A stretch of 64,000 bases of DNA from positions 4,270,880 through 4,334,879 of the forward strand of contig NW_003314261.1 of assembly GCF_000143415.4 (NCBI RefSeq). The letters run 5' to 3'. A program made the translations under genes and the position numbers. Numbering within the stretch: the first letter of the stretch is position 1; every line of letters begins with the position of its first letter. Below are positions 12,229 through 23,498 of the stretch, in pieces. This DNA is from Selaginella moellendorffii. Lineage: Eukaryota > Plantae > Lycopodiophyta. The notes under the pieces are model-generated. The model saw only the letters and a program-made list of their open reading frames with translations. It had not been told where the DNA came from and did not search any database.

Positions 12229-15200
12229 TTAATGAATCTCACCTTGAACCCGGGTTATGAATGCTCTTGCTGCATCTCTTGCATGGTCTGGCAAGGTGAT
12301 GGTGGCACTCTGCTTCCGCATCCAACCATGCACAACATTATCCACCGATATGCTCATGCTGGGATCCCTTGGATTCAGCACCCATCTCTTTTCTAGGCAA
12401 TCCTTCGTATATCCGGAACTTGGCTTGAACCACTCCACAGTTACATTGAAGGAGTTAGTTTCCGCGTCCTCCTCTGCATCAGTGATGCAGCGCCCCACCC
12501 ATATCATTTGTTTTTTATTACTGGGTCTGACAAGCACGACCATTCCTTTGCAGACCTGTACTGGATTGAATGCTGAATCCGGCTTCTTGTTCCTCGGCCC
12601 ACAATAGTGATCCTCAACATCGTTATCTGTCACTGCATTTCCAGAGGACATTGTTCCGCTACTATCTGGTGCTCTGGGTTCTAGCCAAAAGGACTCTTCC
12701 AATTCTTCATATACAACCGGCCCATTTTGGATAGCAGATATAATCTTCTCCCAGTATTCGAGCAAAGGCTTGCACCTCTGAAAATAGGATTCTCCACCAA
12801 ACACCAACCCCCTCTTCCAGAAGGCAATATGCTGTCTAATCCCGGCCACTATACTTTCCTGGTCTTTGAGTCCATCCGGGTGCATCGGCCGTGGGGAACC
12901 CTGAGGAATCATAGGTTCCCCAGTTATGGGATCTCTCTTGAAGAGTTCAATGCCGTCCACTGGCAGCCACACTGTGTCCCATTCTCTCATCTTGTACCTC
13001 ATCACTGGAGCACCGTCACGCATGCTGAAATGAAACTGAAGAGGCTTGGAGTGGCCAATCAGCGTTTCGGATCCGTCCCTGATGTAGCCTCTTACAAACC
13101 CCTTAAAGTCTGGAACCTCTGTCACAAGTGCAGCTTCAACAGTGCCTTTGATGCAATTTTGGAATTCATCGTAGAGTTGTGGGAGGGTGAGGACATTGGA
13201 TTGCCGGAGGGACTCTGCCAGGTGACTGAACATGGCATCGACGTCTTCATGAGTGTGCCCAACCATGAGAAAGCCAAGTGTAACCGTTTCAAATATGCCT
13301 TTGGCAACAAGCATCGCCAAGTACGCGAAGACGTACATGTTTTTGTTCTCACTGCCAGCATTGTCTGTTTGGAGCAGAAGATGGGGTGGAAGGCCACATC
13401 GGCCAAAAGAACTTCCTTGAGATTCTGCTTCGTTTGGATGAGACTGTGCATTCACCGGGCGACCAGCCTCGTCGTAATGGCATGAGGCCTCACGTGATAA
13501 CCCTACAATCTGACGGCCAACATATTCACTGGGATGGCATGGGGCCCCACGCGATACTGCAAGCCTTTGCTCCTCCTCCAGCTGAACCCTGTATGGGGTT
13601 CGATCGACAAGGGCCTTATGCAAGGGTTGGCCGTTCAGCTCAGTCTGCGCACTTTGCAGAGACCTTAAGTGTTTTGCTAAGGACGCAATCATCATGTTTG
13701 CACCCCCGCCACCCCATAGAGGTACAAAGAAGTTCCCATAGTTCTGGGCACCATGCCCATGAGCGATTATGCCAAACAGAGACACAGGCAGCTGCATGGA
13801 TGAAGAGATTGCCTTGGGGGCAGGATTGAGTCGAGGTAAGCACGTCTTTTTCTGATCCATTTTGTCGTGGATGATGCAGAGGTAAGAATCAGGTCTCTCC
13901 ATGGAGAGAATCCTGTTATGATAATATGCAGTCCTGCAGCTTCTCTGCTCGATGTTGTGGTCGAGCCGCCTTCTAACCAACGTCTCTCGCTCTTGAGCGA
14001 TGCAAGAATTCTTTGACAAAGCCATTTTGATAGCAGTGCATTCGTCACACTTTGAAAAGCTGGAGTACTTTCCTATACTCACATCCCTGAACTTGTTGCT
14101 CCACAATCTACTAAATCTAGATTGGCTCAGCTTCATGTAGCCATTACTCTGGAGTTCCCAATTCACATCTTCCAATATGGCCCCCTTGGTATACATGGAA
14201 GGGAGAACTCGTTGGGTGTCTCGTGTTCCATCTTCCAAGAGGCGGGTTTTATGTGGTTGCTGCTCGCTACATGTCTCGACAAACCTCTTGAAGATTGCCT
14301 CTCCATATACAACATGACCCCTGGTTTTGTGCGTACCGTCGTTCCCATGGACTGCCTGTTGAACCCTTTGTTCCTCGAACTCAGTTTTGATTCTGTAGAA
14401 TGTGGTTCGAGGGACTCCATAAATGATTCTCCATGCCTTCATGCAGACCAAACCCCTCTGGAAGACCATGCCCCCCACCTGATGTTCTGAAGCATCAACA
14501 GATGACCGTAATGCCTCATACACAAAATTGCGAGCTGCCTTCCAGGACAATGTCTTGTATCTTGCTCTCTCCTCTTCAATAGCATCCCAATCAGCATGTT
14601 GACAGCACCTCCTCTTGCAACAAGCAACTGTCGAGACCATTCGAACCTCCATCGCCATTTTCTGCCTTTTCGGTTCGTTGCTCAGATCCCTTTGGCTGTG
14701 CTGTAGGAAGGTGTACTTTCTTTTCCCATGAAGAGATGTTCTGTCATCAGTTGTAGTGGTGTTTGATTGTGAATCCTTTACATTCTCAAACACTAAATGC
14801 CTCAATTTCCACCGCACAATGCTTCCAATAGTCAGACTGTTTTCTTCTGTGTCAACAACCTCTAAAATTGCAACTTCAATATCATCCCAGCCCAATTCTT
14901 GATTAGCAACCGCATCTCTTGGATCGACAACTGTGGCTAAGCCCTCAGCTACCACCTCCCCCTCGGGGTTGTTTAGAAACACCTTTGCCTGAATCCATGT
15001 AGCACGGTTCTTAAGATCCACGGAGGGAACATGCGTCGCACTTGCGCTGTCCCCAACATCTGCTTTCTTCTGCAGATTTTTCAAGGCAACAACAACATTT
15101 ACCCCGACGACCATCTCTCCTCGTTCAATAGCGACCACATTCCCATCGAAGACAGTCTCTACTGATACAGCAGCATTGCCTTCCCCAAGCCTTTGACAGT

Positions 15201-15297
15201 GTATAACAAAGTTCCGATCCATAGACACAAGGGTCCCTTTTGCAACTCTCTTCCCACCATTCAAAATGTAAACCTTTTCCCCAACCCTGAAGGCCAT
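12229..15297 (-). CDS. Intact 1022-aa DDD transposase (Sola1/DUF7869-like)
   Basis: HDKMDQKKTCLP, QTDNAGSENKN, FLMVGHTHEDVDAMFS; FSKCDEC...H zinc motif; uninterrupted ORF inside the TIRs. Confidence 0.9.
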   Translation of the reverse strand: MAFRVGEKVYILNGGKRVAKGTLVSMDRNFVIHCQRLGEGNAAVSVETVFDGNVVAIERGEMVVGVNVVVALKNLQKKADVGDSASATHVPSVDLKNRATWIQAKVFLNNPEGEVVAEGLATVVDPRDAVANQELGWDDIEVAILEVVDTEENSLTIGSIVRWKLRHLVFENVKDSQSNTTTTDDRTSLHGKRKYTFLQHSQRDLSNEPKRQKMAMEVRMVSTVACCKRRCCQHADWDAIEEERARYKTLSWKAARNFVYEALRSSVDASEHQVGGMVFQRGLVCMKAWRIIYGVPRTTFYRIKTEFEEQRVQQAVHGNDGTHKTRGHVVYGEAIFKRFVETCSEQQPHKTRLLEDGTRDTQRVLPSMYTKGAILEDVNWELQSNGYMKLSQSRFSRLWSNKFRDVSIGKYSSFSKCDECTAIKMALSKNSCIAQERETLVRRRLDHNIEQRSCRTAYYHNRILSMERPDSYLCIIHDKMDQKKTCLPRLNPAPKAISSSMQLPVSLFGIIAHGHGAQNYGNFFVPLWGGGGANMMIASLAKHLRSLQSAQTELNGQPLHKALVDRTPYRVQLEEEQRLAVSRGAPCHPSEYVGRQIVGLSREASCHYDEAGRPVNAQSHPNEAESQGSSFGRCGLPPHLLLQTDNAGSENKNMYVFAYLAMLVAKGIFETVTLGFLMVGHTHEDVDAMFSHLAESLRQSNVLTLPQLYDEFQNCIKGTVEAALVTEVPDFKGFVRGYIRDGSETLIGHSKPLQFHFSMRDGAPVMRYKMREWDTVWLPVDGIELFKRDPITGEPMIPQGSPRPMHPDGLKDQESIVAGIRQHIAFWKRGLVFGGESYFQRCKPLLEYWEKIISAIQNGPVVYEELEESFWLEPRAPDSSGTMSSGNAVTDNDVEDHYCGPRNKKPDSAFNPVQVCKGMVVLVRPSNKKQMIWVGRCITDAEEDAETNSFNVTVEWFKPSSGYTKDCLEKRWVLNPRDPSMSISVDNVVHGWMRKQSATITLPDHARDAARAFITRVQGEIH

Positions 15298-15659
15298 TCT
15301 GAAAGTGCAGAAAAGAAGTTAAGACCATACAAAAAATGATTGGAGAATGGCCTAAATCATAACATACCAAACAACCTCAATAGCATGAGGCCACATGCCA
15401 TTATTCAAACATGCTATTGACACCCACATGAAATTTCGCATTCACAAAATTGGCATGAGGCCTCATGCCATCTTGATATACACACAGCTGCAGGCAAGTA
15501 AAAACATACATGACAATACGCTAGCCATGAAATTGCAAGGGCCCAAGATGGCATGTAGCCTCATGCCATTTCTAAATGTGGTCCTAAACCATTCCATGGT
15601 GAACATACCAGGAAGCACAAGTGCCGAATATCAAGAGGAAGCGGTAGCCACACCAAAGA

Positions 15660-15760
15660 CAGTGCCGCTCGCAACACCGCAACTACTCGTAGCGCCGCTC
15701 GCAACACCGTAACTGCTCGTAGCGCCGCTCGCACAAACTGCCACTCGCATAAACTGCCGC
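15660..15760. repeat. GC-rich ~30-bp tandem repeats upstream of the transposase
   Basis: GCGCCGCTCGCAACACCGYAACTRCTCGTA repeated about 3 times. Confidence 0.7.
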
Positions 15761-16592
15761 TCGCAATGGCGCTCGCAATGCCGCAACCGCTTGTAGACGC
15801 ATAAACCACAGCTCACAACGCCGCTTACACAAGCAGCGCTCACTGCGCTCAGCGGAACCAAGAACACGGCGCACAAAAATGATAGACCTAGGAATGAGTT
15901 CGAGAATTCAAAAATAACACACGCTTGAACGTCACATCAAATCCTCTGACAAACCAGATCTTATGATTCCTCTGACAAATTTCAAACTGAGTAGCTTCTA
16001 GACTTTGCTGTCGGAGGTTGAACTTTGTCACATCATGTCCTTGCCTCGATCCAGCTGTGCCATGTCAGTGATTCGAACTTTGCCATGCCATGTCAGCGAT
16101 CCGCGCCAAGATTATTCGCCGTGTAAAGGAATAATTATGCTGTGTGTGTACGTCCATTTATGGCAATATAAGGCCACATGCCATTCAAAGAATAATGCTA
16201 GTCGAGCATTTTTTGGTGCATTTTTGGGTTCAAAATTGCATGAGCCCACACGCTATAAAGTTTACCTGTACCAAAAATAGAAACAGCTTTATTTACTTGG
16301 GAATTTATATGGTTGAGGCATTTTTAAACTTACAAACACATGCCCTACTTACATTCCTTTGGTTGCTTAAAATTCAAAAATATTATAAACCTTTCTTTTT
16401 GCATTTTCAATGTTTTCAATTATGGTTTTTGATTTTCGTAGGACCAGCCTAGTAATCTATTTGCATCCCGTCATGTTTATAGCTAGCTTTCGTTTGTCCC
16501 CTTCGCTAGCCTGAGATACATCTGCTCGGCATCTGCCTCTTACAGCATTTGCCCAGAAAGGGCATCTTTCTTCACGCAGCATTTGCCACATG

Positions 16593-16624
16593 TTTAGGGT
16601 TAGGGTTTAGGGTTTAGGGTTTAG
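16593..16624 (+). repeat. Interstitial plant telomere repeats (telo-box cluster)
   Basis: TTTAGGG TTAGGG TTTAGGG TTTAGGG TTTAG; also at 35830-35855 and degenerate at ~36700. Confidence 0.85.
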
Positions 16625-17875
16625 CAATTCAGTAGCTTGATAAACATGCAAATACAGAACTTGATGCAAAATCCTTGGATATGTCACAATGCCCCTAGGA
16701 CCATAAACACATTTCAATAGAGAGGGTCCTTTCATTTCATAACTCCTTACGTAGATCTTGGTGAAACCAGAGTTAGTGAAGTTGGTTTCTTGTGATCCCA
16801 CATCTGATTGTGATGTCCCTTTGCAGTGTCGATGGAAAGGTCAATGCACACCAAACTGTAGAATCTTGGAGCAAAATAACGGTCGGATCTATGGCAAATG
16901 CCCCTGAAACATTGTAAGGCTCGTGTGGTTTCATGTGGTGTCCGATCGAGATGCTTCTTTGCAGGGTCATCAAGAAGGACATTGTATACCATTCTGTAAA
17001 ATCTAGTTGCGATCTAACGGTTGGATCTCCAGGAAACTCAAAACAATCTCGCGCGACTCAGAATATTCTAGGAATATACTCCTATGTGCTCCTGAAAATG
17101 GCATGCGGCCCCACGCCATTCAAGAGATAACGCCAGATGACGCCGAGCATTTTTTGGTGCATTTTTTGGGATCAAAATTGCATGAGCCCACATGCTTGAA
17201 TGTCACATCAAATCCTCTGACAATTTATTTAGCTGAACATCTGGCATTTTTGGAAATACAAGATGCTTTGGAATATCCAATCATGCATGGTATAAATATA
17301 GCGAGGGTATTAAATGATATCCCAATCATAATCTTTCTTTTGGATTTCGCGTGCATGCAGTCCGAGGAATGATGACGTTGCGGATTTCTTTTGGATTTCA
17401 CGCATGCGCGCGCCGATCCAGAAATTAATGGTGGCGCCCAAGTCCGAGAAATGATGACGTGGCGGGATTACCAACCGTCGTGACATTTCGTGCGTGTGAG
17501 GTTAGGTTTTGCATTTTGCTTCGTACTCGCGCTCGCATCGCGCTCCCACTCGCGCTCGCATCGCGCTCCCACTCGCGCTCCCACTTCTCTACAGGTTTCT
17601 CGTGTGCATCGGCGTCCACTCGCGCTTGCATCACACTCGCGCTCGCATCGCGCTCGTGTGCATCGGCGTCCACTTCAAGACACACCCAGTTTGTAACTTC
17701 GCCGCCAACTCCGCCGCCCACTCCGCCACCCACACGCAGCCCACTTGGCGTCCCGGGAGATTTCAGCGCCACTCTCCAACTGTAAGTGGCAGAGTAGCCT
17801 TGCTGCTACGATCCGCTGCACACACAGTGCACATTCGCCAGCGAGTCCGGTTGTCACGCCTCCATTCGGCTTCAA

Positions 17876-20800
17876 ATGGTAAGTCTTTTAGGCCAAGTAG
17901 AAAATGGCATGAGGCCACATGCCATTCAGTAGCAACATTGGCATGCACCGATTGGGCTCTCGAGTGCAGTCCGGTTACAGATGGCGTGTAGCCTCACGCC
18001 ATCTTAGGATGCAGCCTCAAGACATCTGATGCAGTGGTGAATGGCGTGTGGCCTCACGTTATTTCCAGCTACTAGCTTTTCATCTGTCAGCTCTAATTGT
18101 TGTGCATTTCTGAACAGGCGAGGAATTGCGTTCTTCTTCCAGCCACTGTCAATGTGGATGCAGAGAAGGGGGAGGAGCTCACCAGTTGGACTTTCGGGAT
18201 GGAAGGCGAGGATCTGAGGCTGTACAACACAGATGGTGGGAGAAAAGAATGCATGGGGATCCTCATCCAAGTGACAGACACTCCATGCAGTTCCATGCAA
18301 GAATATGGACTGGCACTTGTGGTAGAGACAGCGTCTGCCTTCAAGATCCACCTTGCACATCCTAGCGGCTTCCCGGAGGGGGGCAGCGGCTATGAGGAAT
18401 TCCTAGAGGGAGCTAGGGAGAGGTTGTCCAGGAGGCCCACAATTTCAAAGACGCTGCGGGTCTATGAAGATCACATGGAATCCACGGATCTCACCTACGG
18501 CGATGTTCAAAAACTATATTCCAACATTGAGCCGTTGAGAGTGACTCCAGTTCGCAAAGCAAAGGGGAAGGGGGTCGATCTGGAAACTACCTCGAAGCAG
18601 AAAAGGGTGGTCAAGCTCAAGCCGACGTCCGACTCTCCTGCTCCAAAAAAGAAGCTACTCAGTGATGCCATTGCCTCGGGTTCGAACACTACACCCACCA
18701 AAAAGAAGAGCCGCAAAGAGCAGAAAGAGCAAGAAGAGGCAGCAAAAATCGTCGCAGATAATAGTACTTGTTACTATTCCAACAAAGTATATACAATCGA
18801 CGTGAGCCGTATCGACATCCAAAGCAAATACAACCACAGGCTAGTATCTGATGAGTGGGTGGAGAAATTGAAGCAGAAGATGCTGGCAAGTCCAGTAACA
18901 CCCGACATCGCAGACGTGATCCCCTACTACCAAAAAATGAAGGGCGAGATGAGGTTTCCAGACTTGATCAATAGGAAGGTGTTGGACGATCAGAACATCC
19001 GGTTCTATGCCGTCTCCGGGCAGCATTCTAGCTTGGCGATGCAAGAGATAGTTGTGGATATTATGGTGGGTGAGGAGGTGAAGAAAGTCTTCAAGACAAG
19101 AGTTGTCCGCCTGATAAAAGGCAACTCGCCCCTCCGATCTATCATATACATCTCCCACGCGCAGAATGTCAAGCAAGAAACGTGCTACAAATCGGGTCTG
19201 CACGAGACATTGGCACGAACACGGAAGCTCTGGGTTCAACTGAAGAAGCCACAAAAACCAGGACAAGGACGTGCACTAGCAACTAGCGCCTGGCAGGTAA
19301 GCCTCGTTGTATGTGGCATAGCATGTGGCCTCACGCCATTTCCATTGCAGGAATTCTCGAGTCTTCTCTCGAAAACACTGGGGGTCAATGACACACTCAG
19401 CATCCATAACATTCTACTCGCGACAAAAGTTGTTTTTGACAAATAGGTAGATGTGCTGAGGAGGTACCATGACGGGGAGTTGCCAAACTCAATGGGTGTG
19501 GAGGACGGCCGGAAGCCCAATGATTTGAAGCTGAACGCCTTGCGTTTCTCGCGGTCTCTAGACGACGACGACCTTCTGACAGTGGCTAATGCTCTTCTAC
19601 GTGGTGAGGTTGTCTTCAACAAGACCAAAATGACTCCCGGCCATATTGTGACATACAAGGACTTGTGCATGACTCTGAGAGCTCGTGCGCTATTGAAGGA
19701 TTGGATCTTCGAGCAAGTGGCCGTGGAGAGGGTGAGCATCGACACCACGCAAGAGATGATGGAAGCGCTGGAGTTGTCAAATGAAGACATCGACGAGTAC
19801 GTGAAGGGGGCCCCCAAGTTCATCGATCTGCTGCGGGATGCCACGAAAAGTAAAGCTGAGAAGTTGGATCAGTATCCAAATTTCATTAAGATTGATGTCG
19901 ACCGCCGGCTTCAGAAACAGCTCGACCCCGCAGCAGAGGCCTATCGAGAACCTTACCGGGTATACTTGAATTCGGATGAGGATCAAAGGTGGAGGAGCAT
20001 CGTTTCCCACGGAGATGAGCAGGTCAAGAACATCTTTTGTGTGATGGACTTCACAAACGAGGAGATCACTCATGTAGACGAAGTCAGCTCCATCATTGAC
20101 TTAATGGTGGGACTTGCGGAGGTGGAATCTTCAGTCCACTATATGATCTACGACTCCGAATCCTATCACAAGTTCTGGAAGGCCTTGAACGAGGTGAAGG
20201 CTCGGTTGAAAGGCAAGGAGATGCGGGAGATCCATGGGATAATGGTTAAGAAGAAGATACCGACGAATGTCCGCATCTTCACACTCGCCCTTGTTATTGG
20301 TCCTGCAGTAGAGTGGGACTGGAGTGACTTCCCAGCTTCGTTCGACAAGGCCAATCGAATTGATCTGAGGGAGGTCAATTTACCCGTGCCTGAGGAACTG
20401 AAGACGGCTATGGAGCTTTCGAATCCAAAGAAAGCTCCAGGTGTAGCATGGGAAATGCTCAGCTGGGTCTTCAACGCAATAGCGGGTGGGTCACCTGCTT
20501 CTGACTCCAAGGGCAAATGCGTTGTCGAGTACAACTGCGGCGGACTATTCTTTCGAGCCGCACTACTCAAGGGTGTCCCGTGTGTTGCGGTGACAAACTC
20601 CATTGAAGAGATGACTTCAATGGAGCATATAATTACAGTTGCCAAAGAAAAACAGTATCTTCTCTGCGAACCTGGTGAGTACGCACTTTAAGTTTAAATG
20701 TTATCTCACAAGCTCTGTATGCAGGAGCGTGGCCACCCCCAGATGCTGAAACGGTGTTAACAGCTACTGTTGAAGATACCCATGTTGGGCCGAGCTCACA

Positions 20801-23498
20801 ACCTGCACAAGGTAAGGTCACGTGAGGCCTCACGCCATTTTGATTATAGATCGTTGTGAATATTCAGACACGAGGACTGAAAAGCGCACTGGTGGCGCAT
20901 CGAAGAAGGACAAACAGAAAAGCAATAGGAAAAAAGGAGGTACAAATTATATTTGCAATGGCGTGTGGTCTCATGCCATTCCTTGCAGGAGAAACTTCTT
21001 CAAAGGCAAAACAGGCAAGCACCAGCCAAGCTCAAACTGACAGTGGTCATAAAAAGCGAAAGCACGTTGGACAGTCGTCGAGATCAAAGGCGTTTGATTC
21101 GAAAAGGAAGAAGGGCAACGAAAAGATGATAGGTAATGCCTCGCGGTTATGGCGTGTGTGCTCATGCCATTCATTGCAGATCAAGGGCTGAGTGAAAGCA
21201 GGCAGTCACCACCTCATGACTCAGATTCCTATGGCAGACTCCCCTTCCCCAATCTCAATGGAGAGGTACAATGGATGAGGGAAGCTTTTCAAGGCAGGGC
21301 CACGTTTTTCTCATCTCGTCGTCTTCGAAGGGTGCAAGAACGTGCAGAAACCATGTTAAGACAGTCGGGTGAGGATACGGTCCTAGGTCACGCACTAAAA
21401 CAGGCTATGGATGTCTTGTATTTTGAGATGGAGATTCGGCCAGATGATTTTCCCAAGATGGTCCTGGAAGAACAAGCCATCCAGCCTGAGCAGCCTATGG
21501 AAGAAATGCAGGAGGGGGATGAGGAGCCAGAGAAAGATAATGAGCAAGAAGAGCAGAAGGACGAAGAGGAGGACAAAGAAGAGGAGGACGAAGAAGAGGA
21601 GGACGAAGAGGACTTGGATGGTCCTCACAATGGTGACGATCACAATAACGACGACGACGATGATGACGACGATGGCCAGCCTGAGGTGGCCAAAGAGCGG
21701 CGGAGGAAGGTCATACAAGACAAACCATCAGGTAAATAATAATACATCCATTCCTAACCTTTTACCATTTCTAACATTGTCCATGTAGGTCGCAGAGCAA
21801 ATGGTAAGTAGAGATTATTCAGTTGAATTTACAAACTCTAGCCTTTAGTGTCGAGGAAGGATAGTGCCAAGCAAGGGTCGAAACGTATGTCCAATCCTTC
21901 AGAATCAGCAGTGCGCTCAAGTGATATCGGTCCTAGTTCCTCAATAGCAGTTGATGGTAAATACAGTATAGTCGATTCAATGTGCTAATGAGTTTGTTTT
22001 TAGTAGCACGGGAGGATACCATCTCAATCGAAGGGAGATATTTGGACATGCATATGGATCCGCCAGTGGACTCTACTTGGCTGCAAGAGTCATCAGAGCT
22101 GGTGGAGGCTACTATCCATATCAACGCCAAGCAAGCTGACCACGCTCCACTTGATGCTGCCCATACCACTGAGTCAATCTTGTCCACGTATCCAACTGAC
22201 GGTGACCAGGCGCCATTGGACCCACATGAGGCCGCCCCAGCCGCCGAGCCGGTCGTATCCTCATTTCCAACGGACTCAACGTGTGCCCAATCGTCTGACT
22301 ATGCGCCGTTGGAACCTCCCTACACCGCCCCTGCTGCCTGTTCGGTCATGTCCACTTTGCCAACGGAGGCACAAGCTGAAATGGCGTGTGATCACATGCC
22401 ATCGGAACCACCCCATGCCACTGTTGAGCCAGTTGTACCAGAGTCTACAGCTGAAATGGCATGTGCCCACACGCCATCGGATGCGATTGACCCCACATTG
22501 CAGAGGAGAGTATTTCCGCCCTTCACGTTTCCTCGACCAAAACCCTCTCAACGACCATCGGGAGCAACATTCGCTAATATTGTAGATGGTAAAATTGACT
22601 TGTACCATTTTTTATGCTGACGCATTTCATTTCAGAGTCACGGCGAAGGTACTGTATCGTTTTTGATCTGAACGGTGTCCTTTTCTCCCATGAGCGTGGC
22701 TCGTCCTCGAATGTCATTGCACCCTCCAAAGCCTGCGGTCGCAAGTTGGTCAAAAGAGACAGATTCACATTAATCACACGGGAGAAACTGCGGGATCTAA
22801 TAATGACCATGCGACACTTAAAACAGAGGGCCGGGTTCAATTTGCAATTGGGAGTTTAGACATCCATGATGCGCCACAATGCATTAACGTTGCTACAGAT
22901 GATGCACGATCAGACGCGAGTAATATTACCATTTGACTTTCTCCTAACACAGGAGGATTGCTTGACTATGGTCCATGTGAGGGGTAGCAAGCCCATCTTC
23001 GTCAAGCCAGAGGCTGTAGTGATGAACCGGACTGCTAGCTCAAGTGAAATCCTCATCATCGATGACTCGCCGATTAAAACTGCAGCGAACACGCACACAT
23101 ATGCAGTGCACCCCATCTCTTGCAGTATGGAAACTAGGGAGAAGAAACCGTATGTTCTGGGGGACCTTGCAAAACGGCTTGGAGCGATGGTGATAGAGAA
23201 CCGGCCAGTCCAGGAGGTGGCTGCAGAAATCAACCAAATGGCAGATGGAACGGTATATCAGAAGCCATTTGATCGGACAGACACCAGTCATCATTTATGG
23301 CATGTATATTGTCTAGCCAAGCACTATCCGTATCTCCATAATCTGCTCAACCGGATGGGTTCTTCGACCACTAAACATGAGCGTGGACGTATTAGAGAAG
23401 AGAGGGCATTACTATTGGGTTTAAATCCTGATAGTGTGGAGAGTGATGAAATTCCAAGATTATTGTATAGGCGTTGGAGGCAAAAAATAACAGTCTGA
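17876..23498 (+). CDS. Multi-exon transposon cargo gene: ParB/Srx-like + degenerate N4C/N6A MTase-like fold + acidic linker + FCP1/NIF HAD phosphatase-like (lesions in this copy)
   Basis: ATG|GTAAGT at 17876, intron 17879-18117 joins in frame to ARNCVL. Further GT-AG introns at 19297-19350, 20675-20724, 20812-20867, 20940-20988, 21133-21179, 21732-21788, 22589-22635 and others. Motifs AVSGQHS; KCVVEYNCGG..AALLKG; VFDLNGVL, IIDDSPIK. TAG stops at 19444 and 22857. Confidence 0.75.

Noticed and set aside
12257-14490. Plus-strand ORFs opposite the transposase (also 31409-33642)
   Set aside because: Antisense shadows of a long coding ORF with no recognisable motifs.
16607-16992. Short minus-strand ORFs next to the telomere repeats as a captured gene
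   Set aside because: Frames differ among the three copies of this segment and no domain is recognisable.
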